Shown here piece after piece: positions 1 to 12,636 of a DNA stretch of 64,000 nt. The DNA comes from Octopus sinensis. Its lineage: Eukaryota. Numbering within the stretch: position 1 is the first letter of the stretch; every line of letters begins with the position of its first letter. The stretch covers positions 34,782,001 to 34,846,000 of the forward strand of contig NC_043013.1 of the NCBI RefSeq assembly GCF_006345805.1. The letters run 5' to 3'. The notes under the pieces were generated by a model. The model was not told the DNA's origin, ran no database searches, and saw only the letters and a list, made by a program, of their open reading frames with translations. The translations under genes and the position numbers were made by a program.

Positions 1-106
1 CAAGTGATGGTGGAGGGACAAACAAAGGCACACAAAACACACACACACACACACACACTCACACACACACACACACAACACACACACACACACATACATA
101 TATATA

Positions 107-440
107 GGTGCAGGAGTGGCTGTGTGGTAAGTAGCTTGCTTACCAGCCAGATGGTTCTGGGTTCAGTCCCACTTGGGCTGACCAAAGCCTTGTGAGTGGA
201 TTTGGTAGACAGAAACTGAAAGAAGCCCATCGTATGTATGTGTATGTGTGTGTTTGTGTGTCTGTGTTTGTCCCCCCAGCATTGCTTGACAACTGATACT
301 GGTGTGTTTACAATCCCCATAACTTAGCAGTTCGGCAAAAGACACTGATAGAATAAGTCCTGGGGTCGATTTTCTCACCAAAATATGGTGCTCCAGCATG
401 GCCACAGTAAAATGACTGAAAGAAATAAAAGAATAAAAGA
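107..440 (+). mobile_element. Family A SINE (tRNA-like head, CORE-like segment, internal TA/TG microsatellite, TAAAAGA tail)
   Basis: A box TGGCTGTGTGG, B box GGTTCAGTCCC, body AAATCCACTCAC-type. More than 20 homologous pieces occur in the window. Confidence 0.85.
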
Positions 441-644
441 ATATATATATGTATACGACAGGCTTCTTTCTGTTTCCGTCTACCAAATCCACTCATAAAG
501 CTTTGGTCGGCCCAAGGCTCTATTTAGTAGAAGACACCCAAGGTGCCACACAGCGAGACTGAACCTGGAACCATGTGGATGGAAAGCAAGCTTCTTACCA
601 CACACACAACACACACACACACACACATATATATAATATATGTG

Positions 645-1085
645 TTATCTTTTACTTGTTTTAGTTATTAAACTGTGGCCATGCTGGGGCACCACCTGAA
701 AGCTTTTAATCAAGTGAATTGACCAAAGTACTTATCATCTGTTTTTAAGTTTCCTATCAGTTTCTTTTGCTGAACTGCTAAGTTATGGTAACATAAATAT
801 GCAAACACCAGTTGTCAAGTGGTGGTAGGGGCTAAAACACATGCAAAAACTTACAAGCATACATACACACATATATACATACATACATACATACAAACAT
901 ACATACATACATACATACATACATACATACATACATACATACATACATCACAGGTTTCTTTCAGTTTCCATGTACCAAATTCATGTGAAGGGTATTGGTC
1001 AATCCAGTGTTATAGTAGAAGGTGTCATGCAATGGAATTGAACCCAGAACCATGAGGCTGGAAAGCAAACTTCTTACCACCACTA
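645..1085 (-). mobile_element. Family A SINE
   Basis: Reverse complement of the family A body, with an internal (ACAT)n. Confidence 0.8.
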
Positions 1086-1288
1086 TAGAAGTATATGTGT
1101 ATAAATAGCCAAATACAGTCACACACACATGCTTCACTTCATGCTCTTGCTTGGTGATACTCAGGTCATCCCAGGTTAGTGGTCCCAGAAATGCCATCTT
1201 GTGTAGAGCACACACACACACACACACACATATATATACAAACATATATATACAGACCAAATATCAATAGATACGGAGAGATATGCTC

Positions 1289-1620
1289 AGACCCCCTTTG
1301 GTCATGATTGACCCTGGGATTGCACCTAGAAATTTACCCTCCCAGGCACAAGTCCAGGCAAGGTTGTTTATGGAAGACCAGTTGTCACCCATGCATACTG
1401 GCCTACCCTCTCCATGCCACCAGTGTTATCCAAGGGAAAGGCAAAGCCCAGTACAGCTTGGCACCTGTGACGTCCCAATTCATTTCTACAGCTGAGTGAA
1501 CAGGAGCAACGTGAAATATAGTGTCTTGCCCAAGAATACAACACACAGCCTGGTCTGGGATTCGAACTCACAACCTCACGATCACAAGCTCAACGCTCAA
1601 ACCACAGACATGAGCCTTCA
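1289..1620 (-). mobile_element. Family C tRNA-derived SINE
   Basis: Reverse complement of 60979-61316. Confidence 0.85.
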
Positions 1621-1730
1621 TGCAGAGAGATATATGCAGTCATATACTCATGCATTTATACACCTATATATGCATTATTTCATATGTACATTTATAATAA
1701 TGCATGGTACATGTATGTGTGAGTGTGTGA

Positions 1731-1798
<68 letters not shown>

Positions 1799-2717
1799 TG
1801 TGTGTAGTGTGTTTGTGTTTGGTTAGATCTTACTCACTCTCACAAAATTTACAACAGGTAGGCAGTGCGGCTGTTGTAGTCTGTTCACTAGTCAACAAAT
1901 CATCCTTTCACTTCATGCCTTCAAAGCCGCCACATACAATGAGGGTTTCCTCATTTGAAAAACAGATAAAGGTCAGTGACAGGAAGGGCACCCAGCTGTA
2001 AAAGAACACCTGAATGACATATCCATCTAATCCATGCAACAATGGAGGGATTGGATATTAGAGAAAAGGAATGACCAAATATCAATAGATGCAAATATGC
2101 ATATGCACTTGCATGCATAAATATGTTGCCGTATGCACACATATGCATGTCTGTGTGTAACGTAAATAATGAATGCACCTGAGGTAACCTTATAAGGAAA
2201 ATAGCATTCATATGCAACTGACTCACAAGAGGAATAATAACTAAGAATATACAGGAAATAGATTCTCACAAATGCCTGAGTAGGTCTTGTAGCATCGTTG
2301 TTAGGTTCTGTTGCTGAGATAACCAAATTGTTAATGGGTGTTGCTGCTCTGACAGTATATTAACCAGAATAGGAATGGAGGGGGTGTATCACTTCAGCTG
2401 ACAGCAAAAGACTTCTTCATCGAATGAAGAGCATACTGTATGATACTTATGCACAAAATGCAATGCTGCATGGTAACAGATGTGGGCCTTAACTGCAAAA
2501 GATTAGCAGAGACTCATCCTCATCCTCATCATCATCATCATCGTTTAACGTCCGTTCTCCATGCTAGCATGGGTTGGACGGTTCGACCAGGGATCTGGGA
2601 AGCCAGAAGGCTGCACCAGGCTCCAGTCTGATCTGGCAATGTTTCTACAGCTGGATGCCCTTCCTAACTAGAAAGAAATAAAGGTCACTAATGTTACACT
2701 GGACATGTATCATTAAT

Positions 2718-3040
2718 AGAGTGAAGGGTTAGTGGTTAGGGACATTCAGCTCATGATCGTAAGGTTGTGAGTTCAATTCCCGGTGGCACGTTGTATCCTT
2801 GAGCAAGACACTTTATTTCATATTGCTCCAGTCCACTCAGCTAGCAAAAATGAGTAGTACCTGTATTTCAAAGGGCCAGCCTTGTCACACAGTGTCACAC
2901 TGAATCTTCCCGAGAACTATGTTAAGGGTACATGTGTTTGTGGAGTGCTCAGCCACTGACATGTTAATTTCACAAGCAAGCTGTTCCGTTGATCGTATCA
3001 GCTGGGACCCTTGTCATCGCAACTGTTGGAATGCTCCTAT
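2718..3040 (+). mobile_element. tRNA-derived SINE with family-C-like 5' part and family-B-like 3' part
   Basis: GAGTTCAATTCCC B box, then CCTTGAGCAAGACACTTTATTTC as in family C, then TTTCAAAGGGCCAGCCTTGTCAC as in family B. Confidence 0.7.
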
Positions 3041-3635
3041 CATTAATAAGTAAGAACAAAGAAGTACGAATGGGTTAAAAGAATCTTTGTCATTATTGTC
3101 TTACTGTTTTATCCTTTTACTCTTTTACTTGTTTCAGTCATTTGACTGCTGCCATGCTGGAGCACCGCCTTTAGTCAAGCAAATTGATCCCAGGATTTAT
3201 TCTTTGTAAGCTTCGTATTTATTCTGTCATTCTCTTTTGCTAAACTGCTAAGTTACGGGGCTGTAAATACACCAGCACCGGTTGTCAAGTAACGGCAGTG
3301 GGGACAAACACAGACACACAAATATATACATGCATACATATATATATGTATCAGTAAATGTATTTCTCTAGAATTATTATATGTTTACAAGTGCTAGATA
3401 GGCATCTCCAACTAGCAAACCATGGTACTCCAGACTGAAAATGAGCAATGACTCAGAAACTAGTCTCTGGATGCAGGTTTAGCTGGTTGAGGTTGCTTAT
3501 CTCCCTCTTGTAAACATAAGGACATGGGAAATGTGTCAAGGCTGACAGGAAGCGTTGCTGCTCCCTAGGGCTAAATAGCAGTAGTATTATTTCCTTCAAT
3601 GGGACTGTCACATTAAGTTGACAGTATAAACTACT

Positions 3636-3668
<33 letters not shown>

Positions 3669-5109
3669 GAAAGGCTTCTTTCAGTTTCCATCTGCCAAAT
3701 CTACTTGCAAGGCTTTGGTTGATCTGAGGCTATAGCAGAAGACACTTGCTCAATATGCCATGCAGTGGGACTGAACCCAGAACCATATGGTTGAGAAGCA
3801 AGCTTCTTACCACTCAGTCATGCCTGTGCCTTAACAGCATTTTACATTTGAATTTATTAAGTTGATTTTTTGATATTTATGCACAAGATAGGTGGAAAGC
3901 TGGTAGATTTGTTAGCATGCTGGGTAAAATGCTTAGTGGTATTTCCTCTGTCACTATGTTTTGAGTTCAAATTCCCTCATGGTAGACCTTGTCTTTCATC
4001 CCTTTGGGGGTCAATCAAATAAGGACCACTTGAACACTGGGGTCGATATAAACAACTTTACTACCCCTGGGTATAAGCATAACAACTGCATCCTTCTGCA
4101 AAGCCATATTGGGGCCGTGAGGCAGTGTATGGTCATCAAACCAGAATGATGGCAATATTAAATTCACGACCTCCACATCAAACAATAGTTGGTGGAGAGA
4201 ACATGTTGAGGCCCACGTTTTGCAATGGACAGGACATGGGCAATTTAATCCAGTCCAATCCAATCCATAAGATATAAGAGAAATAAGAGACATGCTGTAC
4301 AAAAGGGAATCCTACTATGGTATAGCCTTATGATATTTATGGATGGAATAGCTGTATAAGGGAACACGGCATACTAAAAGTGAACAGAACCTTTTGTCTC
4401 ATGAAAGACATGACAACCTCTCTGATGCTGGTGCCACAATGAGATACAGTGAATATATTTTGTGAAGTAGCTGGTATTGAGGAAGAATATTCAGCTATAG
4501 GAACTATACCAAAACATGTGAGGTATAAAGCAAAAAACGTAATCTCCTAATCTATCTCAAAGAACAGTAATACCAAATAAGAATCAACTTGGCTGGTGAC
4601 AACCTGCCCAACCCATACCAGCATTGAAAGTGCATACAAAGAGGGTCATGTTGGTATATACTAAGCGATAACAAGACTAACAATGAACTCGACAGAGTAC
4701 ATTTCAACTCATCTTGATAGCATTTATAACTCACAAAGGCAAACTCAATGAATTATAGGTAATTCAGGGCTGTGACATTAGTCTCCAATGAGAAATAAAA
4801 CGGGAAGCAAATCTTGACACAGCATATTAAAGAAATATGATTAGTGCTGCATCATAGCTTTACTGTTCTCTTTTGCAACACCCTACCCCTTCCACACACA
4901 CACACACACTCATGCACACACACACACACACACACACATACATGTATAGGTATACAAGTGAAAGCATGCATAAGCTGTATTGTAACAAGATTGTTTCCCA
5001 ACCTCATGGCTCCATGTTGAATTCCATTGCATGGCACTTCTACAATAGCCCCGAGCCAGCCAAAATCTTGTCAATGGATTTGGTAGATGGAAACTGAAAG
5101 AAGCCTGTC

Positions 5110-5154
<45 letters not shown>

Positions 5155-5443
5155 ATATTATAATATAATATATTTTTTCTTTTATTCTTTCTTTATTTAT
5201 TTCAGCCATTTCACTGCAGCAATGCTGGAGCACCGCTTTTTGTAGAACAATAAGCCTAGCACTTATTCTATAGGTCTTTTTGCCGAACCACAAAGTTATG
5301 AGGACATAAACACCTAACATCGGTTTTCAAGCAGTGATGGGGGACAAACACAGACACACAAACATATACAGGTATATATATATATATAAATACATATATA
5401 TATATTATAATATATATATATATAATATATATATATATATATA

Positions 5444-6211
5444 CTAGCAGTATCGCCCGGCGTGCTCGGGTTTGTAGGGAAATAACTATAAGCATTTGTA
5501 GAGTTAGCCAAAAATAGCAAAAAAATGCATTAAAAATTTAGTTCGTGCATGCGCAGATCACACGTTCGCGCATGCGCGAAAGTGTGAATGCGCATGCGTG
5601 AACGTTGCTGCGCATGCGCGAACGTGTGACTGCGCATGCGCGAAAGTGTGACTGTGCATGCGCAAAAGTGTGACTGCACATGTTCGAACGTGTGAACTAC
5701 GCATGTTCGAACGTGTGACTGCGCATGCGCTAACGTGTGCGTGCGCATGCGCGAAAGTGTGACTGCGCATGCGCGAATGTGTGAATTCGCATGTGTGAAC
5801 GTGTGACTGCGCATGCGCGAAAGTGTGAATGCGCATGCGCGAATGTGTGACTGCGCATGCGCGAAAGTGTGACTGCGCATGCGCTGTCACACGTTCGCGC
5901 ATGCATAATCACACTTTACGAGGGAGGGAAGAAGGAGGAGAAGCAACACAGGTGCAGGTGTGAGCATGGACGCCAACTCCGCCGCCATCGACACACGAAA
6001 AAATTGGAAGAAATGGAAAAAAATGATGTTAAATTATTTTTTAAATCGTAGACTCATCGTAGACAGGCGCTAATACCCAGATGGGCTCGATATGAATCAC
6101 AACTATAAGATACCCGAATTTGGTTAAACTGCACCGCAAAATGTGGGAGTAGTTAGGAATCTAAATCGTAGGAGACAGACACTCACACAACTTCACTTTT
6201 ATATATATAGA
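5444..6211 (-). mobile_element. Non-autonomous Helitron (768 bp) with internal 22-bp tandem array
   Basis: Minus strand starts A|TCTATATATATAAAAGTGAAGTTGTG (6211) and ends ...CCCGAGCACGCCGGG-CGATACTG-CTAG|T (5444). This gives 5' TC, a GC-rich subterminal hairpin about 12 nt before the CTAG end, insertion between A and T, and no TSD. It sits inside the (TA)n tract of a family-A SINE. Confidence 0.88.
5546..5905. repeat. 22-bp minisatellite (consensus AAGTGTGACTGCGCATGCGCGA), about 17 units
   Basis: GCATG cores recur every 22 nt, and the ORF translations over it have a 22-aa (3-unit) period. Ten units contain a perfect GCGCATGCGC; the terminal units are inverted. Confidence 0.95.
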
Positions 6212-7220
6212 TATACGAAGGGCTTCATTCAGTTTCTGTCTATCAAATCCACTCAGAAGGCTTTGGGCAGCCTGAGGCTATAGTAGAAGACACTTGCCAA
6301 AGGTTCCACTGTGTGGCACTGAACCCGGGACCATGTGGCTGGTAAGCAAGCTACTTACCAAACAGCCACTCCTGCACCTATATATATATATCTGTATCAG
6401 TGTGTGTCTTTGTGTCTGTGTTTGTACCCCAGTATCACATTACCATTTGACAACCGGTATTGTCCCATGACATAGTGGTTTGACAAAAGAGACCAATAGA
6501 ACAATTACAAAACTTAAAAAACATAGTTCCTAGGGTTTATTCATATGACAAAAAAAAGCCATCCTTCAAGGTGGTGTCCCAGCATGGCCATAGTCTAATG
6601 ACTAAAACAAATAAAAGCAAAAGTCAAAAATTATCTGCGCTTTCACCATAACATATCTTTATTGTTGTTGCACTGCCTTTTGTGAATGCACGCTTATAGT
6701 TGGTACTATTGTAGTCACAGGATCCAGGTTTGAGCCTGATTCCACCATTTTTCATTCTGGCTTTGCAGTGTAAGCATGACCACCTCACTAGCAATGTGCA
6801 TCAAAAGAGAATGAAGAGCAGTGATCTGATTTCTCTGGAAAAGGGGGTGTATGATCAACAGTGCAAGATACATCCCCATAACTTAGTGGTTTGGCAAAAG
6901 AGACCAATAGAATAAGTGCTAGACTTACAAAGAATAAGTCCTGGGGTCGATTTGTTCAACTAAATATGTACCTTGCCAGCTCCTGCCATGCCAATCGACC
7001 CATGCCAGAATGGAAAATGGACATTAACTGATGATGATGATGACAACGATGGATGAGAGCGGTGCATTTGGTAACTGTGAAAGGGCTCAGGCTCAGCATG
7101 ATCCTGCAAATTAAGGAATACAGTTGGAAGAAGGCATATATTTCTAGTAATCAGAGTAAGCCTGCACCTGTAGCATTTCTCAACTGGCTCTAGGTGGTTG
7201 TTGTGATGGTTGTCCTCTTG

Positions 7221-7568
7221 AGATTTTACTAAAAGGGTAAAGATCCCCTTCGGTCATGAGTGACCATGGGTTTGCACCTAGAGAGTTACCCTCTGAGGCA
7301 TGAATCTGGGCAAGGTTGTTTTATGGAAGACCAGTAGTCGCCCATGCATACCGGCCTCCCCTCTCCACGCCACCAGTGTTATCCAAGGGAAAGACAAAGG
7401 TCAATACAGCTTGGCACCTGTGACGTCGCAACTCATTTCTACAGCTGAGTGAACTGGAGCAACGTGAAATAAAGTGTCTTGCTCAAGAACACAACACGCA
7501 GCCCGGTCCGGCATTCGAGCTCACAACCTCACGATCGTAAGCTCGACGCTCTAACCACTGAGCCATGA
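7221..7568 (-). mobile_element. Family C tRNA-derived SINE, CpG-rich (young) copy
   Basis: Head TGGCTCAGTGGTTAGAGCGTCGAGCTTACGATCGTGAGG on minus, with ACG in the anticodon-like loop (tRNA-Arg-related). Confidence 0.88.
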
Positions 7569-8129
7569 GATTTTACTATATATGTATATATTGTTCATTT
7601 CATTTGATTTTCATATTGCCCTTCCTCTGCTTTTTGTAAACTGTCCTTGAAATGTCTCCTGATCTGTTGCGCTCATGGCAGTAATAAAGCAAGGTTTTTA
7701 TTAGGACTGACAGAATTGTTAGAGCGTCAGACAAAATGACTAAATGAATTGCAATATTAAGTCAAGGCAAAGTAGTGAGCTGGCAAACCTATTACCATGC
7801 CAAGCAAAACCCTTAGCATTGTTTCATTGAACTTTACATTCTGAGCACAAATTTCACCAAAGAGAACTTTGCTTTTCATCATTTCAAAGTCAATAAAATA
7901 AGTACTAAGTGAGCACCGGGGTCAATCTCTCACCCAAAATTGCTGGCCTCGTGCCAAAAGTTTGAGACCAATATTAATTTATAACCCATTAAGTTCTGAG
8001 TTCAAATCTTACCAAGGTTGACTTCTCATTGGATCGGATCAATAAAATAAGTATCAGTCAAGCACTGAGATCAATAGAATTGATTGTTTTTTATTCTCCA
8101 TTAGAATTTCTAGAATTGAGCCTATCCTT

Positions 8130-8575
8130 TATCTTTTACTTGTTTCAGTCATTAGACTACGGCCATTCTGGGGCACCACCTTGAAGAATTTTAGTCGAAT
8201 GTAACGACCCCAGAACTTATTTTTTCAAGCCTGGTACTTAATCTATCGGTCTCTTTTGCTGAACCTCTAAGTTATGGAGACATGAGTGCACCAACACCAG
8301 CTGTTAAGTGGTGGTAGGGGACAAACACTGACACACACACACACACACCACACACACACACATACATACTTGCATACACACATTTATGCATATGCACACA
8401 AGCACAAACATATACATATGTATGATGGGCTTCTTTCAGTTTCCATCGACCAAATCCACTCAAAAGTCTTTGGTCAAACAAAGGCCATAGTTGAAGACAC
8501 TTGCCCAGGGTTCCACACAATAGGACAGAACCTGGAACCATGTGATTGGAAAGTAAACCTTTTATTACACAGCCA
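8130..8575 (-). mobile_element. Family A SINE
   Basis: Full-length homology to 16103-16510 in reverse. Confidence 0.8.
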
Positions 8576-8758
8576 CACCTTCATCCAAGCAATCATTATT
8601 ATCCCTCAACCACATGGTTCTGGGTTCAGTCCCACTGCATGGTACCTTGAGCAAGTGTTTTCTACTATAGCCCTGGGCCGACCAAAGCTTTGTGAGTGGA
8701 TTTGGTAGATGGAAACTAAAAGAAGCCTGTCATGTATATATGAGCCAAAATTTGAAAC

Positions 8759-8800
<42 letters not shown>

Positions 8801-8846
8801 CATTATTATTATTATCATTGTTGTTGTTGTTGCTATTATTATTATT

Positions 8847-9055
8847 AAGACAGTGAGCTGGCAGAATTGTTAGCGCACTGGATAAAATGCTTAGCAGTAT
8901 TTCACCCATCACTACATTATGAGTTCAAATTCCACTGTGGTTGACCCTGCCATTCATCCTTTCAAGGTCGATAAATCAAGTACCAGCCAAGCACTGGGGT
9001 CGACTAGTCCCCTCCCACCAAATTTCGGATGCTGTGCCCAAAGTAAAAAACCAAG

Positions 9056-9088
<33 letters not shown>

Positions 9089-9192
9089 GAGTGAGAGAGC
9101 AGTTCATGCCATCAAGTGACACTGGGGTAAAATATACGAAGCCCAATATACCCATCATGACTACCCGTCTGATAAGGTACACCAGCACATGC

Positions 9193-9231
<39 letters not shown>

Positions 9232-9453
9232 GGTGGTGAGCTGGCAGATTTGTTAGCACACCGGGCGAAATGCTAAACAGTATATCATCCATCTTTACGT
9301 TTTGAGTTCAAATTCCACGGAGGTTGACTTTGCCTTTCATCCTTTTGGGGTCGATAAATTAAGTACCAGTGAAACACTGGGGTCAATGTAATCGATTAGT
9401 CCCTTCTCCTCAAATTTCAGACCTTGTACCTTTAGTAGAAAGTATTAGTATTA

Positions 9454-9503
<50 letters not shown>

Positions 9504-9811
9504 GCTATTATTACTATTATCATCATCATCATCATCATCATCATTCTTTCGTTTCTTAATTTTTTTTGTTTAGAAAATATTTTTCATCGTGTTTACTTGA
9601 TTTTATTTGTTTTTTATTATTATCATCATCATCTTCATCATTAGCTGACAGCGTGTTTTTTATAATTTTTATATGTGTTATATTATGTTTGTTGTGTTGT
9701 TGTTGTTTATTCAATCACAGTTAAATTCATTTAAGCTGTTTAAGTAGCACAAGGGAGAAGATTTAATTAATAAGGAAATTGAACCATAGCCTGTCTTTCA
9801 CAGAATCACCT

Positions 9812-9860
<49 letters not shown>

Positions 9861-11350
9861 CGATGGTTATGATGATGATGGTTCTGATGCAGCTGCTGCT
9901 GCTGCTGGTGAATATAATAAATACGATGATGATGATGATGATGATGAAATATAATTACGATGATCATAATGATGTTTGATGTGATTATCATCATCATCAT
10001 CATCATGTCAATTAAGTCGATGGTGGAGGGGGTGCTGCTGCTGACTGTGGTCGACGGTGATTTTTCTCCTCATCTTCCTCCTCCTCCTCCTCCTCCTCAT
10101 CGTCGTCGTCGTCGTTGTCATTATCATCATTAATATCATTGTGGCAGTCACATTAAAGAATCGGTAATGTAGATTGGCAGAAATTATTAGACAGTTTGAC
10201 AAAATGCCTTGCACTCTTTCCCCTCCTACGCTTTACATTCTGAGTTCAAATCCCTATGAGGTCAACCTTGCTTTGCATTCTTTTGAGGTTTATAAAATGA
10301 AATAATCTACCTGTCATGTACTAGGGATTCTCAGTTCTGATTAACACCTGTAGTTAATTAGTTTGGTGCTAATGTGTGCAATATTAATGTGCAACACATG
10401 CAGTGCCATTGACAGCATGTACGATACTGGTGGGGAATATTAAAGAAGTGGTTGAAAGTGGCAAGCTGGTAGAATCGTTAGCACGCCAGGCAAAATGCTT
10501 TGCGGTGTTCTGAGTTCAAATTCCACCAAGGTTGACGTTGCTTTTCATCCTTTTGGGGGTCGATAAATTAAAGTACCAGTGATACACTGGGGTTGATGTA
10601 ATTGACTAGCCCCCACCTCTTCCCGAATTTCAGGCCTTGTGCCTTTAATAGAAAGGATTTTTTTTTTTTGTTATGATTAAGGTAGCAAGCTGGCTAAATC
10701 GTTAACATGCTTGGCAAAATGTTCAGCAGGATTTCGTCAATTTTTATGTTGTGAGTTCAAATCCTGCTGAGGCTAACTTTGTCTTTCATCCTTTCAGGTT
10801 CAATGAAATAAGTACCAGTGGAGCATTGGGGTTGATTTAAGGGACTAGTCCCCTTCTCCCAAATTTCAGGCCTTGTGCCTATAGTAGAAAGGATCATTAT
10901 CTTTATTAAGGCAGCAAAGCTGGCAGAATGGTTAGCACATCAGGCAAAATGCTTTGCAGCATTTTGTCTGTCTTTACATTCTGAGTTCAAATTCTACTAA
11001 GGTAAACTTTGCTTTTCGTCCTCTTGGGGTTGACAAATTTAAGTACCAGTGAAACACTGGGGTCGAAGCCCACACTCCTCCCAAATTCCAGGCCTTGTGC
11101 TTTTAGTAGAAAGTATTATTATTGTCATCATTCAGGCAGCAAGCTGGCTGAATTGTTAACATGCTGGGTAAAATGCTTAGTGGCATTTTATCCATCATTG
11201 CAACCTGAGTTTAAATTCCCCCAAGTTCAACTTTGTTTTTTTTTTTATCCCTTCAGGGTCAATAAAATATGTACCAGTTGATCACTGGGGTTGATGTAAT
11301 CGACTGGCCTTCTCCACAAAATTGCTGGCCTTGTACTACAAATTGAAACC
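8847..11350 (+). repeat. Cluster of about 7 same-strand family D SINE copies separated by ATT-type linkers and triplet microsatellites
   Basis: Copies start near 8847, 9230, 10160, 10457, 10680, 10908 and 11133. Most show GCTGGCAGAA...GAGTTCAAAT...GTACCAG...CTGGGGTCGA, and the 10160 copy is decayed. Confidence 0.85.
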
Positions 11351-11469
11351 AATACTAAAGTAGTCATCGTAACCGTGACACTATTGACGTGTGTAATATG
11401 AATGTTGTTGATATTACTTTAAGCACGAAGGTTACCAACTAGCAGAATCACTAGCATGCTTGGCAATGT

Positions 11470-11708
11470 GTTTATCTTTTATCTTTTATTTTCTTTCTGT
11501 TTCAGTCATCAGACTGTGGCTATGCTGGGGCACTGCCTTGGATTTCTTGTCAAATGAATCGACCCCAGTACTTACTTTATAAGCCTGGTACTTATTCCAT
11601 CAGTCTCTTTTGCTGAACTACTAAGTTATGGGGACATAAACACACCAGCACCAACTGTCAAGTGGTGATGGGGAACAAGCACAGACACACACATAGATAT
11701 ATATGCAC

Positions 11709-11744
<36 letters not shown>

Positions 11745-11870
11745 GATGGGCTTCTTTCAGTTTCCGTCAACCAAATCCACTCACAAGGCTTTGGTCAGCC
11801 CAAAGCTATAGTAGAAGACACTTGCTCAAGGTGCCACACAGTGGGACTGAACCTGGAAACATGTGGTTCA
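11470..11870 (-). mobile_element. Family A SINE
   Basis: Homology to the family A body and head in reverse. Confidence 0.8.
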
Positions 11871-12059
11871 GTCTCACTGCATAGCACCTTGGGCAAGTAT
11901 TTTCAAGAGTTTACATTCTGAGTTCAAATTCCATCAAAGTTAACTTTACCTTTCATCCTTTCAGGGTCAATAAATTAAGTACCAGTTGAGTACTGGGGTC
12001 GATGTAATCAACTAAACCCCTTCCTCAAAGTTGCTGACCTTGTGCAAAAATATGAAACT

Positions 12060-12250
12060 GATGTTACTTTAAGCCCTTCTTTCCCTATGGAACATAAACC
12101 ACCAATGATTTTTTCCCCCACATCTCCTGATTCTGGACTGTTGGAGCCTTACTTGTACAGCTCTGCCTTGTGGTTTCCTTTTCAATTTTGTTGTGCAGCA
12201 TCATGTCTCCTTGGCAACAGATCATCCCTTCCTAGTTGGTTTTGAATTAT
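12060..12250 (-). mobile_element. Short RTE/BovB-like LINE 3' terminus
   Basis: Minus strand ends GKIIGGLCSIGKEGLK, resembling the RTE terminal W..LV.GLCS motif. Confidence 0.4.
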
Positions 12251-12262
12251 CATTGATGAAAG

Positions 12263-12636
12263 ACAAAGTTGACCTTGGGGGAATTTGAGCTCAGAACGTA
12301 AAGACAGATGAAAAGCAGTAGAGATAAGTTGCGATGTCAATGATGCCAAGCTGTATCAGCCTTTGCCTTTCCTCTGGATAACATCAGAGGCTTGCAGTTC
12401 TATATTTAAGAGATGAGGAATTACATACATTTTTTACATTATTTACATTATTTACAAAGTTGACCTTGGGGGAATTTGAGCTCAGAACGTAAAGACAGAT
12501 GAAAAGCAGTAGAGATAAGTTGCGATGTCAATGATGCCAAGCTGTATCAGCCTTTGCCTTTCCTCTGGATAACATCAGAGGCTTGCAGTTCTATATTTAA
12601 GAGATGAGGAATTACATACATTTTTTACATTATTTA
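12263..12636. repeat. 183-bp direct duplication (period 191)
   Basis: 12263-12445 matches 12454-12636, with an 8-nt spacer. Confidence 0.9.

Larger units (their letters stand above)
5185..6380 (-). mobile_element. Family A SINE split by the Helitron
   Basis: 3' half at 5185-5443 and 5' half at 6212-6380 join into one colinear copy. Confidence 0.8.

Noticed and set aside
4150-4860. Possible decayed non-LTR element with restriction-like endonuclease (WREHV..LQ, GTIPKHV, TCPTHTSIESAYK fragments)
   Set aside because: The similarity is fragmentary across many frameshifts and cannot be supported without a profile search.
5530-5912. Three overlapping repetitive ORFs and a CRISPR-like appearance of the 22-bp array
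   Set aside because: The units are contiguous with no unique spacers, there are no cas genes, and the context is eukaryotic. The ORFs are by-products of a stop-free repeat.
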